Shown one piece after another: positions 13,301 to 26,235 of a stretch of DNA of 64,000 nucleotides. Source of the DNA: Mizuhopecten yessoensis (Eukaryota). The translations under genes and the position numbers were made by a program. The stretch is taken from positions 582,363 through 646,362 of the forward strand of contig NW_018404943.1 in assembly GCF_002113885.1 (NCBI RefSeq), in the 5' to 3' direction. Every line of letters starts with the position of its first letter. Within the stretch, counting starts at the first letter, position 1. The notes under the pieces were generated by a model. That model did not search any database. It was not told where the DNA came from and saw only the letters and a list, made by a program, of their open reading frames with translations.

Positions 13301-16300
13301 ATGAAGTTGCCGTTGTATTATGTGTATGGTCCTCGAACGGTATCAGATCAGGAACTAACGTTTGACTGATAGAATTCACCCTGGTGTACTCCAGTTTCCT
13401 GTTTAGCAGTTCAGACAATGTTGACTGACACGGACCTTGAAATCGAATAAGTAAAAAGAAATGAAAACGGAGGGATGTAATTTATTTGAAGTAAACAGTA
13501 AACACAGCACATATGTTGTTTCTCATTATCGTCATCAAACGCATGCTAACTTTGATATGCTCGAGTGAAATTTTTGATGTGAAGGAAAACCAAGGAATTA
13601 CTAATGTAATACCTACAGTATAACAAGTGCATTTACGATAGTGGGTATACAGAGATTAAACATGCAGTTTGTAATTAAACCGATCAAGCCAATGATATAA
13701 AATATATGAGCTGGAACGTCAACAAGTATAAATTAAGTTTCATAACTTTGTTTTTTTTTGATATTTCTAATTTCTAATATATATAATTAAATGATGTAAT
13801 ACCTATAATAGGTGCGATTGTGGTACAATTGTAATTGGTATAAGCAGTTTGAAATTAAAATACGATAAAGCAATATATACGTTACATATGAGCTTTATAT
13901 GGAAACAGCGACTAGATTGGTTTTCAACTACAAACCTACGCTTCAACTGAAGTTAGACGATGTAAATGATGTAATACCTACAGCAGGTGCAATTATTGTA
14001 CATTTTTACTTGGTATATAGAGATTAAGCATGCAACTTGAAAATTAGTTCGGCAAGGGAAATATGAAACCAAGACAGATAATATGAGCCCCATGTTACGT
14101 CCACAAAACCTGTAAAACGAATTTGTCATACGACAAACTCAAAAATAAAATAAATAAATCAAATTCAAATTAGAAAATATTTATTCAAATTCACAATACA
14201 AAGCCAACAGTGATAAAAAAATTCATATTCTCGCAACCTCGCCGACAGGAATAACACCGGATAACAAACTGTACCTTGTTCGCCAATCCTTAGGGTACAT
14301 ACGGGTTCATATGCAGAGACGAATACAGCTCCTGTCGGTCAGCCGCTATGGTTTCAGGATACTGGTCCGTCGTGTGTGAATCGAACCTGTCAGCCATTGT
14401 TGTGTTATGACAGGCAACAGGTACTCGGAACGCTTTAGGATCTTCGTCTATACAAACTCGGCTTCAGCCAATGGAGTTAGAATTTCATGTACCTGTAGAT
14501 TCTAGTACCATATACCCTGTACCCTGTACCATGAACCCTGAACCCTGTACCCTGTACCCTGTACCCTGTACCGTCCACTAGCAGTATGACAACAAGCAAT
14601 ATATACGTAATATATGAGCTTTATGTGAGACAGCGACTAGATTGGTTTTAGTGGCTTTATATAATTCTTCAAGTTTTATTATATCCAAATGCAATACAGC
14701 ATATAGGTTACAAACATACATAATTAAATATTCAAAATTCATGTGTGATGTACAAGATGGCGGAGGACAATTCCATTCAAATATATATATATATGCCTAC
14801 AGACGTGTAATACTGATATCACGTGCAGTTTTACAGCATGATTTTTCGTAAATTTGTGAAAAGGACAGCATATAACAATATAATCATATGTGTGACGTTA
14901 CTACGTGTATATGTGTGACGTCATGATAGGATGACATCATAATGAAAACACTACATATAATTTCAAACAGCCAGAAAGAACCATGGGATGTCATTAAAGT
15001 ACTATGTAACGCGTTATTAACGAATATTGAATAACTATTATTATAGTATGTACACTTATAACAAAGTAGTTTCAAATAATATTTTAATATAATATCACTA
15101 CTGAGCGAGGAGAATTTTCCTTTTAGTAGTAGCGTGCCACAGATATTTACCCAGTCTATTTAAAAATTTAACACTTTTACAGGTAAATAATTCTATTAGT
15201 TTATAGACACTTGGGTGTCGATAATAATACTGTTTGATGTATGCTTTTCTTAAATCAGAATATGCAGGACAAAGTAGTACAAAATGTACTTCATCTTCGA
15301 CATCATTTTTATCGCAGACTGTACATATTCTCTGACCTCTTGGAATGTTATCATAGTGCCCAGATTCTATGTTAAGACTGTGTGCTTGCATGCGAAATTG
15401 ACTCAATAACTTTTGTATCCTTATATTATTGGGCTTAGTCAGATAGAACTGGACGCAAAAGGTATCAACAATATGCTTGTACAAATAACATTTTGAAGAT
15501 GCATCAAAAGCACTGCGTTATTCTTGGACAAATACATCATGAACACATTGAGCAAAAAAAGGTTTTCGTTTTGTACATATTGGCAAGTCCAAATATAATT
15601 AAAACCCAAACTACATAGTTCATGCTTAATTTGATAAACCCAATTAATTTTACATTTAGGTTTTCTGATATTCTATTCGACTAATGCGTCGTAACATGAT
15701 TTTAAAACATAGTTACATGTACAAGTATTTAAAAAATTTAACCAATATCTCATTATGGCCAATTAACGGTGCACATATAATGAATATCTCCCAGTTTCAA
15801 AGTGAATCAAAGAAGTATTGACAGTTTTCTTAACATTTAATAGGTCATTGAGAAAAAGAAGATGGATTTTTTCAATTTGTGGCGATACATTATGCCCCCA
15901 AACTTCACACCCATAATTCAATATACAATCAAACATATGTATCGAATACAGACATTATAGTTTCCGTATTAAGGGCAAAATCTTTCATTTTTCTTTTTAA
16001 GTGGTAATATGCTTTCTGTCCTTGACAAGCTAATGTATCTTGTGTTACAGTTAATCTTCCATTATAGTTAAAAACTTATCCAAGATAACAAAACTTATCA
16101 GCACCATTGAAAGTCCAAATTTCAGAAGATAGCATTCTTTTTCTTTTTCTAAAAACAATCATTTTAGTTTTTTCTATATTGACATTTAAACTCCATTTTT
16201 CAGTGTATGTCTGTAAACGATCTTCAATGCACGCTCCACATAATTAAATGACCAATAATGGTATTGAACCGTCAGGTACAATACTAGTACATATACGTAG

Positions 16301-16337
16301 TGAATTGGGTGGAGTCGATAGCCGGTATAAGGATTCA
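12913..16337 (+). repeat. Tandem segmental duplication, copy 1 (~3.4 kb)
   Basis: Near-identical to 16432-19930; paired ORFs offset by 3518 then 3591-3593 nt. Confidence 0.95.
14650..16240 (-). mobile_element. 5'-truncated non-LTR retrotransposon (L2/CR1/Jockey-group-like) relic: RT C-terminal part + Cys/His domain
   Basis: ORF 15098-15484 FRMQAHSLNIESG...RICTVC...VEDEVHFVLLCPAY (C-terminal zinc-binding-like motif of LINE ORF2); upstream frameshifted pieces WSLNVNIEKTKMIVF and CEVWG. Confidence 0.8.
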
Positions 16338-16431
16338 CCGTTAATTTTTACCCTACCTGTGTTTTTACATAATGACAGAAGTCACTGTCCTTCTGATCTG
16401 ACGTCCAGAAATGACCTTAGCTGTTTATAGG

Positions 16432-19400
16432 ACGTAATACAAAATGACAACAAAACCAAACATCTCATCTGTACAATCCAGGATCATTAATAACTGATTA
16501 TCATACTTGTGAGCTGGTAGTGTCACAATTGTACTTGACCATTTAACAATAACCAGATCCTTAGTTATTTTTTTCTAATATAACACTGCCAACAGAACAA
16601 GCTTCAGTCTCTGAACATGTAACCATGCAGAAATAAAAGACATGTTCGAAGAAAAAAATAACCCAGTAAAGGTTTGCTCAACAGCTGGAATTCTTATGCC
16701 ATTACAAGTACGAGATATTGGACAATGTATGGTTTTCGTTTTTAACAGAACTGCTTGCATACGGTTTTTGTTTGAGAGAATTTGAAGCCGTTTTCGTCTA
16801 CCCACATTTTCATCGTTGATGAATTTGCCGTTGTATCATGTGTATGGTCCTCGAACGGTATCAGATCAGGAACTAACGTTTGACTGATAGAATTCACCCT
16901 GGTGTACTCCAATTTCCTGTTTAGCAGTTCAGACAATGTTGACCGACACGGACCTTGAAATCGAATAAGTAAAAAGAAATGAAAACGGAGAGATGTAATT
17001 TATTTGAAGTAAACAGTAAACACAGCACATATGTTGTTTCTCATTATCGTCATCAAACGCATGCTAACTTTGATATGCTCGAGTGAAATTTTTGATGTGA
17101 AGGAAAACCAAGGAATTACTAATGTAATACCTACAGTATGACAAGTGCATTTACGATAGTGGGTATACAGAGATTAAACATGCAGTTTGTAATTAAACCG
17201 ATCAAGCCAATGATATAAAATATATGAGCTGGAACGTCAACAAGTATAAATTAAGTTTCATAACTTTGTTTGTTTTTGATATTTCTAATATATATAATTA
17301 AATGATGTAATACCTATAACAGGTGCGATTGTGGTACAATTGTACTTGGTATATGCAGTTTGAAATTAAAATACGATAAAGCAATATATACGTTACATAT
17401 GAGCTTTATATGGAAACAGCGACTAGATTGGTTTTCAACTACAAACCTACGCTTCAACTGAAGTTAGACGATGTAAATGATGTAATACCTACAACAGGTG
17501 CAATTATTGTACATTTTTACTTGGTATATAGAGATTAAGCATGCAATTCGAAAATTAAATACGGTTATTAGTTATACAGGGTTTGCGCAGGTAACATGGG
17601 GTCATATTATCTGTCTTGGTTTCATATTTCCCTTGCCGAAGGCGAGGGAAATATGAAACCAAGACAGGTAAATATGAGCCCATGTTACGTCCACAAAACC
17701 TGTAAAACGAATTTGTCATACGGCAAACTCAAAAATAAAATATATAAATCAAATTAAAATTAGAAAATGTTTATTCAAATTCACAATACAAAGCCAACAG
17801 TGATAAAAAAAATCCATATTCTCGCAACCTCGCCGACAGGAATAACACCGGATAACAAACTGTACCTTGTTCGCCAATCCTTAGGGTACACACGGGTTCA
17901 TATGCAGAGACGAATACAGCTCCTGTCGGTCAGCCGCTATGGTTTCAGGATACTGGTCCGTCGTGTGTGAATCGAATCTGTCAGCCATTGTTGTGTTATG
18001 ACAGGCAACAGGTTCTCGGAACGCTTTAGGATCTTCGTCTATGCAAACTCGGCTTCAGCCAATGGAGTTAGAATTTCATGTACCTGTAGATTCTAGTACC
18101 ATATACCCTGTACCCTGTACCATGAACCCTGAACCCTGTACCCTGTACCCTGTACCCTGTACCGTTCACTAGCAGTATGACAAAAAACAATATATACGTG
18201 ATATATGAGCTTTATGTGAGACAGCGACTAGATTGGTTTTAGTGGCTTTATATAATTCTTCAAGTTTTATTATATCCAAATGCAATACAGCATATAGGTT
18301 ACAAACATACATAATTAAATATTCAAAATTCATGTGTGATGTACAAGATGGCGGAGGACAATTCCATTCAAATATATATATATATGCCTACAGACGTGTA
18401 ATACTGATATCACGTGCAGTTTTACAGCATGATTTTTCGTAAAATTGTGAAAAGGACAGCATATAACAATATAATCATATGTGTGACGTTACTACATGTA
18501 TATATGTGACGTCATGATAGGATGACATCATAATGAAAACACTACATATAATTTCAAACAGCCAGAAAGAACCATGGGATGTCATTAAAGTACTATGTAA
18601 CGCGTTATTAACGAATATTGAATAACTATTATTATAGTATGTACACTTATAACAAAGTAGTTTCAAATAATATTTTAATATAATATCACTACTGAGCGAG
18701 GAGAATTTTCCTTTTAGTAGTAGTGTGCCACAGATATTTACCCAGTCTATTTAAAAATTTAACACTTTTACAGGTAAATAATTCTATTAGTTTATAGACA
18801 CTTGGGAGTCGATAATAAAACTGTTTGATGTATGCTTTTCTTAAATCAGAATATGCAGGACAAAGTAGTACAAAATGTACTTCATCTTCGACATCATTTT
18901 TATCGCAGACTGTACATATTCTCTGACCTCTTGGAATGTTATCATAGTGCCCAGATTCTATGTTAAGACTGTGTGCTTGCATGCGAAATTGACTCAATAA
19001 CTTTTGTATCCTTATATTATTGGGCTTAGTCAGATAGAACTGGACGCAAAAGGTATCAACAAGATGCTTGTACAAATAACATTTTGAAGATGCATCAAAA
19101 GCACTGCGTAATTCTTGGACAAATACATCATGAACACATTGAGCAAAAAAAGGTTTTCATTTTGTACATATTGGCAAGTCCAAATATAATTAAAACCCAA
19201 ACTACATAGTTCATGCTTAATTTGATAAACCCAATTAATTTTACATTTAGGTTTTCTGATATTCTATTCGACTAATGCGTCGTAACATGATTTTAAAACA
19301 AAGTTACATGTACAAGTATTTAAAAAATTTAACCAATATCTCATTATGGCCATTTAACGTTGCACATATAATGAATATCTCCCAGTTTCCAAGTAAATCA

Positions 19401-19930
19401 AAGAAGTATTGACAGTTTTCTTAACATTTAATAGGTCATTGAGAAAAAGAAGATGGATTTTTTTCAATTTGTGGCGATACATTATGCCCCCAAACTTCAC
19501 ACCCATAATTCAATATACAATCAAACATATGTATCGAATAAAGATATTTTAGTTTCCGTATTAAGGGCAAAATCTTTCATTTTTCTTTTTAAGTGGTAAT
19601 ATGCTTTCTGTCCTTGACAAGCTAATGTATCTTGTGTTACAGTTAATCTTCCATTATAGTTAAAAACTTATCCAAGATAACAAAACTTATCAACACCATT
19701 GAAAGTCCAAATTTCAGAAGATCACATTCTTTTTTCTTTTTCTAAAAACAATCATTTTAGTTTTTTCTATATTGACATTTAAACTCCATTTTTCAGTGTA
19801 TTTCTGTAAACGATCTTCAATGCACGCTCCACATAATTAAATGACCAATAATGGTATTGAACTGTCAGGTACAACACTAGTACATATACGTAGTGAATTG
19901 GGTGGAGTCGATAGCCGGTATAAGGATTCA
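16432..19930 (+). repeat. Tandem segmental duplication, copy 2 (~3.5 kb)
   Basis: Starts ACGTAATACAAAATGACAAC, ends GCCGGTATAAGGATTCA like copy 1; differs by scattered SNPs/indels and a ~80-bp indel near 17555-17645. Confidence 0.95.
18240..19835 (-). mobile_element. Second copy of the LINE relic (within duplication copy 2)
   Basis: ORF 18689-19075 differs from 15098-15484 at only a few residues. Confidence 0.8.
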
Positions 19931-19968
19931 TCGATGATAGGCATTTATCAAAACACAACTGGTTTATC

Positions 19969-21067
19969 CACAGGGGCATGGCTCGCTTTACTTGTAATAT
20001 TAAAAAAAGGTCTCCTATACTAATAAATACAAAGGGATATAACGACAGACTGAAATCCGGTACCCCATTTTCTCTTTCAGCTCGTGTCAATCACAAATCT
20101 TTGTCCATATTGGATATACCTCGGTTGAATATTGAAGACAAATGATTTATGTACAAAATCAAACCATAATTACGACTGTCTGACACATAGTTATCCACTG
20201 ACACCACTTTAAAGTCGCAATTACATCGTTAAATTGCGATCGAACCAAATTCTATAATCACGAGGAATGACCAAGTTTCACGGATAAACTCGAGAAATAT
20301 ATCCAAGGAATAGTTTAAATCCTTATTTAATATCCTCAATCCAATACATGTGTTGCCCGCTTCTCTGAAATACTACCTCGATCAGTTTCAACACATGACA
20401 AGTGGTATATCGGGATTTTCCCCCTCGCACACTTGCATTACACAGTAGCAGTCGACAACTAGGCGCCATCTTTTTCCGAATTATTTTACGCTCCGCACAG
20501 AATGATGTCCCGCCCCATCAGTGGCGGAAAACAAATGAAAAACAAACTTTTTTGGAGTAGCTTCCCTTTCGCATACATACAGGTAGCCAACTGTGGAATG
20601 CAGGTGTGCGAGGGGGAAAATCCCGACATACCGCTTGTCATGTGTTGAAACTGATCGAGGTAGTATTTTTGAGATGCGGGCAACACATGTATTGGATTGA
20701 GGATATTAAATAAGGATATAAACCATTCCTTGGATATATTTCTCGAGTTTATCCGTGAAACTTGGTCATTTCTCGTGAGTATAGAATTTGGTTCGATCGC
20801 AATTTAACGGTGTAAGTGGGACTTTAAAGCGGTGTCAGTGGATAACTATGTGTCAGACAGTCGTAATTATGGTTTCATTTTGTAAATAAATCATTTGTCT
20901 TCAATATTCAACCGAGGTATATCAAATATGGACAAAGATTTGTGATTGACACGAGCTGAAAGAGAAAAGGGGATACCGGATTTCAGTCTGTCGTTATATC
21001 CCTTTGTATTTATTAGTATAGGAGACCCTTTTTTAATATTACAAGTAAAGCGATCCATGCCCCTGTG
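19969..21067. mobile_element. Non-autonomous foldback DNA transposon with ~480-bp TIRs and 8-bp TSD (P-superfamily- or hAT-like)
   Basis: Arms 19969-20446 and 20590-21067 are inverted copies; termini CACAGGGGCATGG...CCATGCCCCTGTG; GGTTTATC on both flanks (19961-19968, 21068-21075). Confidence 0.9.
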
Positions 21068-21647
21068 GGTTTATCCGTGTTAATTGTGTTTGGTATGCTA
21101 TGTGTGGAAAGGCCAAACCTCCTTCACTGTTGATTAGTGATACAAAACATGCACCTGTTACCTGGTAATTAACATGAAACTTGTAACAGGTAAGGCTGCA
21201 TTGTTTACATTTCATATGCGTTAACAGTACGTACATTGTACATGTATATGACGGTATATCTATAGTCCAGGTTCCAGTTTGTTACAGTACACCCGATTAA
21301 GGTCGATTAAAAACACTTTTAGTATGAGATGTGTCCTTTACAGTTCAGAGAAATAGATAAAATGGCAACATACTGACACGAGGAAAGATATAATGGTATA
21401 GCGATCTCTTTATCTCCGATTTATAATGGCAATTTATCTAAATAATTTCGATATGGATTTTTTTATTTTACTTTTAATAATAATAACGCACTACTCATGA
21501 GTCCATAATGGACGAAATGGCGAAATGAAAAAGTAAAACGTTTACTTTGTTTTGCTCTCTGTCTCGCCATAACCAAAATTCTAAATATGTTCCTTCTTGG
21601 TATTTATAGTATTTTGACACACAGAAGACAACACATGTCCAGCACAC

Positions 21648-22002
21648 CATCCTCGGTATCCAGGGGTTACGCTAACTTTCGCTCTCTGCACCCCTGGAAT
21701 ATGTCATAGCAAAATTGAAGGCTAAGTGAGCGCCACCTTGTTGATGAGACAAGACAGCTAGTTCGATCCTTTGATGTACATCAAAAGAATCTCGCGGTCA
21801 CGTAACGGTAAAAAATGACAGGCTTTTGAAGTCGGGCGTCTCTCCTTTGTAATCTTCAAAGGACAGGTATCAGCCTAGCGATTGGTCAGGCTTTTTTACC
21901 TGAGACCAATCAAACAGCTATCTTCGTGCCTTCAATTTTGCTATCACATATTCCAGGGGTGTAGAGAGCGAATGTGAGCGTAACCTTTGGATATCGAGGA
22001 TG
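21648..22002. mobile_element. MITE family 1 (CATCCTCG...CGAGGATG termini, ~75-bp TIR, 9-bp TSD; AcademH- or MULE-like)
   Basis: TSD CCAGCACAC at 21639-21647 and 22003-22011; imperfect TIRs. Confidence 0.85.
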
Positions 22003-22361
22003 CCAGCACACAAGCAGGCATACACGCATAGGGAAATTTATGACAGGTGGCGTAGGACTAATAGTTAGCGCCGGATAAGGCAGCTCCTGTGAATTCCTCA
22101 AAATTGTATTGATTAAATTAATGTATTATTTTATATATATATTAAGTGTATTGATTGTATAAACTGACTATATGTGTACTGTAAAGCGTTTCAGAGTGGC
22201 TTATTTGAGCTAGATGGGGCGCTTTGTCAAATGTTGTACATTTATTTATATTTTTGAGAGATGATGTAGTGGACTCTGCTTGTGCACTATCAACCTCCAA
22301 AAGTTGACACATGGCTTGTTGCCAGGTAATTTAGTGGTAAATTTACATGAGATACATGTAC

Positions 22362-22948
22362 TTATTAGTCCCTTGTCGGTTTCCGGGCGGGAAGGGGGAG
22401 ATATAGGTTTGCACTCCGTCCGTCCTTCCGTCCGAGAAAATTCTCCGGGATATATCTTCTATACTATTTCACCTAGAGTAACCAGATTCGGTGTATAAGG
22501 ACATATTGTGATGGCGGAGTGCAGAGTGCAAAAATTAGGTCATTGCGACCTATGACTTGACATTTGAACTTTACTTTTGAATACATTTGTCCGGTGCATA
22601 TCTTTTAAACTATTTCACCTGGAATTATCCAGATGTGTTGTATAAGGACATATTGGGATGGCGGAGTGCGGAGTGCAGGAATTAGGTCACTTTGACGTGC
22701 GACTTGACATTTGATCTTTACTTTTGAAAATGTTTGTCCGGAGCATATCCTCTAGACTATTTCACCTACTGTAACCAGAGTTGGTTTACACTTTGTACAA
22801 GGACATATTGGAATGGCGAGATGCAAGCAGTAGGTCACTACGACCTCACTTTGACCTATGGTTTCTGACATAAACGTACTGTTTGTTAAATATAGAAATC
22901 ATTACCGACGGGGGACCATGAATTGCCTTGAAATACTTTGCCTTGTTT
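22362..22948 (+). mobile_element. Helentron-associated non-autonomous element (HINE-like) with internal ~146-bp satellite-like repeats
   Basis: TTATTAGTCCC start, (GTCC)n microsatellite at ~22415-22434, three ~146-bp units (TATTTCACCT at 22465, 22611, 22758), GGGGGACC sub-terminal IR, ends in CTTGTTT. Confidence 0.65.
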
Positions 22949-23301
22949 AAGTATACATATCTGTTGTAACCATAATTGAAAAATTGTAACGTTATGAAGA
23001 GTTATACAGGCACCGTTTGCATTACTACGTATTCTTACATATGTTTCGGACGACTGGAAATAAGAGTTTTCATTGTCTTCATCTTTGTTTCCCCACTGAT
23101 GAGTCCTAAGTGGGAGAATTTGCAACATTTCAAATCAGTTGTATTGGATAAACATTCATACGAACAAACTTGGAAGATGAGTTGGGCCAAAGCGAAAAAA
23201 TATGTGAATTGATTATGAGTCAAGATGTGAAATATTACGTCACTGGTTTTTCTACTTTTGACCTAGACCTTGTGATTTCAAAAAGATGGCTAATAACCGG
23301 A

Positions 23302-23980
23302 TAGTCCGAATTATTCTGACGTTTCATATCGGTCTGTCGTCGATTAACGTCAGAACTCCGGCCCTCTATAATATGCGGGAAATATGCGACCCGCGCCCGG
23401 AGCGCACTTCAAACTGATATTTTAGAAACAAATCGTCACTTTCACACACATGTCGCACATGGATCGAAAGATCTATTCTTTATGCACAAGATGAACATAC
23501 ATAACATGCCTCAAACAACTAATACAATCACTAAAAACATATTTTTTCAAACTTACTCTGTTTTACTCTAGTTTTTTGATAGCCCCGCCTTCCAATGCCA
23601 CGTGACTAAAATCTCGCCGGCCTACGTCATAACGTTGGGAAATACCTTCGGTAACGCGAGATCTCGTCAAGTCATGTGACATTTCTCATGGCCTAATTTC
23701 CATAAAAAACATGGGTTGGTATAGAAAACGTTGGAAAATGCTTTTCGTAATGATCTTTGAAACATGTTATTGATACCACCTAGTGCATAAAGAATAGATC
23801 TTTCGATCCATGTCCGACATGTGTGTGAAAGTGACGATTTGTTTCTAAAATATCAGTTTGAAGTGCGCTCCGGGCGCGGGTCGCATATTTCCCGCATATT
23901 ATAGAGGGCCGGAGTTCTGACGTTAATCGACGACAGACCGATATGAAAAAAGTCGATAAACGTCAGAATAATTCGGACTA
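23302..23980. mobile_element. MITE family 2 (TAGTCCG...CGGACTA termini, ~185-bp TIRs, 9-bp TSD; AcademH- or MULE-like)
   Basis: Near-perfect arms 23302-23487 / 23783-23980; TSD ATAACCGGA at 23293-23301 and 23981-23989. Confidence 0.9.
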
Positions 23981-24741
23981 ATAACCGGATAATGAAGATT
24001 CCTAAAGGTATAACAGTTATAAATCAAAGGTCAGTGTAAATTAAGGTATCTGGGTGTTGAAGTAATCCACTGGAACAATTGTGTTCCCTCTTCAGTAGCA
24101 CACTTTTTATCAAGTGTTTATTTTCTTCTTTTTCATTTTTTATGATTTGTTTGCCACACTTGATCTTATTCTCAGTGACTTTTTCAATGGTCTCCGTTTA
24201 AATCTTTCATTTGTCATTTTCTAACCGTAGTTTCATCAATTTGGAGTTCGAATTATGGTTCTATTTACACTTCTGTATCTTTAATATTCACGCATTTGTA
24301 TATACATTTATATTTAATTACCCAGAATTACCCAGCCCATTTCCATTTGAAATTGATTGTGTGTCAATTTCATTTCATTTTCACCGAATTGAAACAAAAG
24401 GTCCGGCGGTAGTACATATTCTGTCTGTAAGAATGTAAACATACTATACTATACTAGCCCATACTATCTGATAAGCAACAAAGCCATCCACACTAGTTAG
24501 AGAGGAATGTCGATAGAGTTACATTGTAAATGTATGTCATTGCATAGCTCACCACATTGACCAACTTTAATGTGTTTTAAGTAAGACTTACAAAAAAGTC
24601 ATACTAAACATTACCAATATCCTGGATATTTAGAATAGTTGGTTCTTTCCTATTTTGTCAACAATATCAATATCCTGGATCTAAAATAGATGGTTCTTCT
24701 CCAATTTTGTCAACAATTAACTAAAACAAGTTTTACAAGAT

Positions 24742-26235
24742 TTAGTCAGCTTTAATAAGATGGCCAGTAAACGATGGGAAATATGATCCGCGGATATAGT
24801 CGCCAACACTTGACCTATGTCGAACCCAAACGTCACTTCCGACGTTAAGGTGTACGTTTGAAGCACATGCTCCCATAGCATTGTATGTCTGAGATGCACG
24901 CGCACGACAGAGCATACTACCGTCGCGGATTAATTCGATTTCGATAAAGTGTGACTGGTAAGATATGATGGTGACAACGAAGTGGTAGTAGCCAGCCACT
25001 GGAGCCTGGAAACGACCAATGAACGGGTCGTATCCCCCGCCCACCTTCGTGTACACGTTGTCGAAGATGATGACTTCGTTGGCGGCTAGTGGTGTCATGT
25101 CGCTGATGATAGTAGCGGCGAAGGCCACGAATGGATCAGTAGCTCTTGTTTCTAAAAGAAATAAAATTCGTACATTTTATTTTTATTTATTTTTTATGAA
25201 AGTCCTTTAGCTTCTTTTTGAGAGGAGCAACCCAACCATAGCATCCCTTTATTGTTGTATGGTTATACTTTATTTTTTAAACACCGTCTACGTCTACGCA
25301 AGAAAACACAAAAAAGAATTGGTACATGCAGTACCGGTTTTCTCTTGTCATGTTCTGTGAGTTGGACAACGAAACGAGCACACACTTTTGTGGTTTAGAT
25401 TTCTTAAGCTCTGCCGATTGATTACAAAAATATCAAAACGGGTTTTCTTTTCCTTAATGTGATACACACAAATGATACTCATTTGCGCCACATGCAATAT
25501 GAATGATAATGGCATGTGCTTTTATTCGGTTGTATCTTCCAGACATTATATATATTTTACACACTTGGGCATTTGGAATGGTTTATGGTTTACTAAATAA
25601 TCGAAACAAACATATCCCTTGCACTTAGAATTTACATTGAGTGAAATTCATGGGGGGGGGGGTCAAAATATATGAAAATCAACATTAACGTTTTGCCAGT
25701 ATATTACTTATACTTCGTGAAATAACATATCTGTAATAATTCGCGAGTGCAGTGATTCGCGTTTTTTCGCTGCGTTTTTAAACATGATAGATAATGCGAG
25801 ATACGAATATTTAACAGCATCAAATCAAAAACTCTGCGCGTTGATATGGGATATCTAACAGTGTGCACTATGATATTGCCTCATACATAAATGAAAATAA
25901 TAATGTACGAAATCGAATCTGTCTATCAGTAAAACGTGTAGATGATATCAATTAATAAACTGAAACAGAAACAAAAAATACACTCTTAATAAATATCTAC
26001 GTGAAAGCGTTTTAACACTTGATACAGTACCACGGGACTTCGCCATAGCTGCGTTTGACGAGTTGTCTCCCTGCTGACACGCGCATTGCTTCTTGATGTC
26101 GTTCAGCTCAGAAGTGACTTTCTCCAGTTGAGCTTCAAGCTTGCTCAGGCGTTCTTCATTGGAAACTTTACAAAATGCACTAGAAACAGTAACTAGTAAA
26201 ATACAAAAACCAACACACAGACTGTTAGAGGTCAT
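24742..26235 (-). CDS. C1q domain-containing protein A (signal peptide + coiled coil + gC1q), 204 aa; exons 26031-26235 and 24742-25151
   Basis: Exon 1 MTSNSLCVGFCILLVTVSSAFC...AKSR/G, donor GTACTG; acceptor TTTTAG; joins in frame (E) to VAFAA...IIFDNVYTKVGGGYD...GRFQAPVAGYYHF...FTGHLI gC1q domain. Confidence 0.92.
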
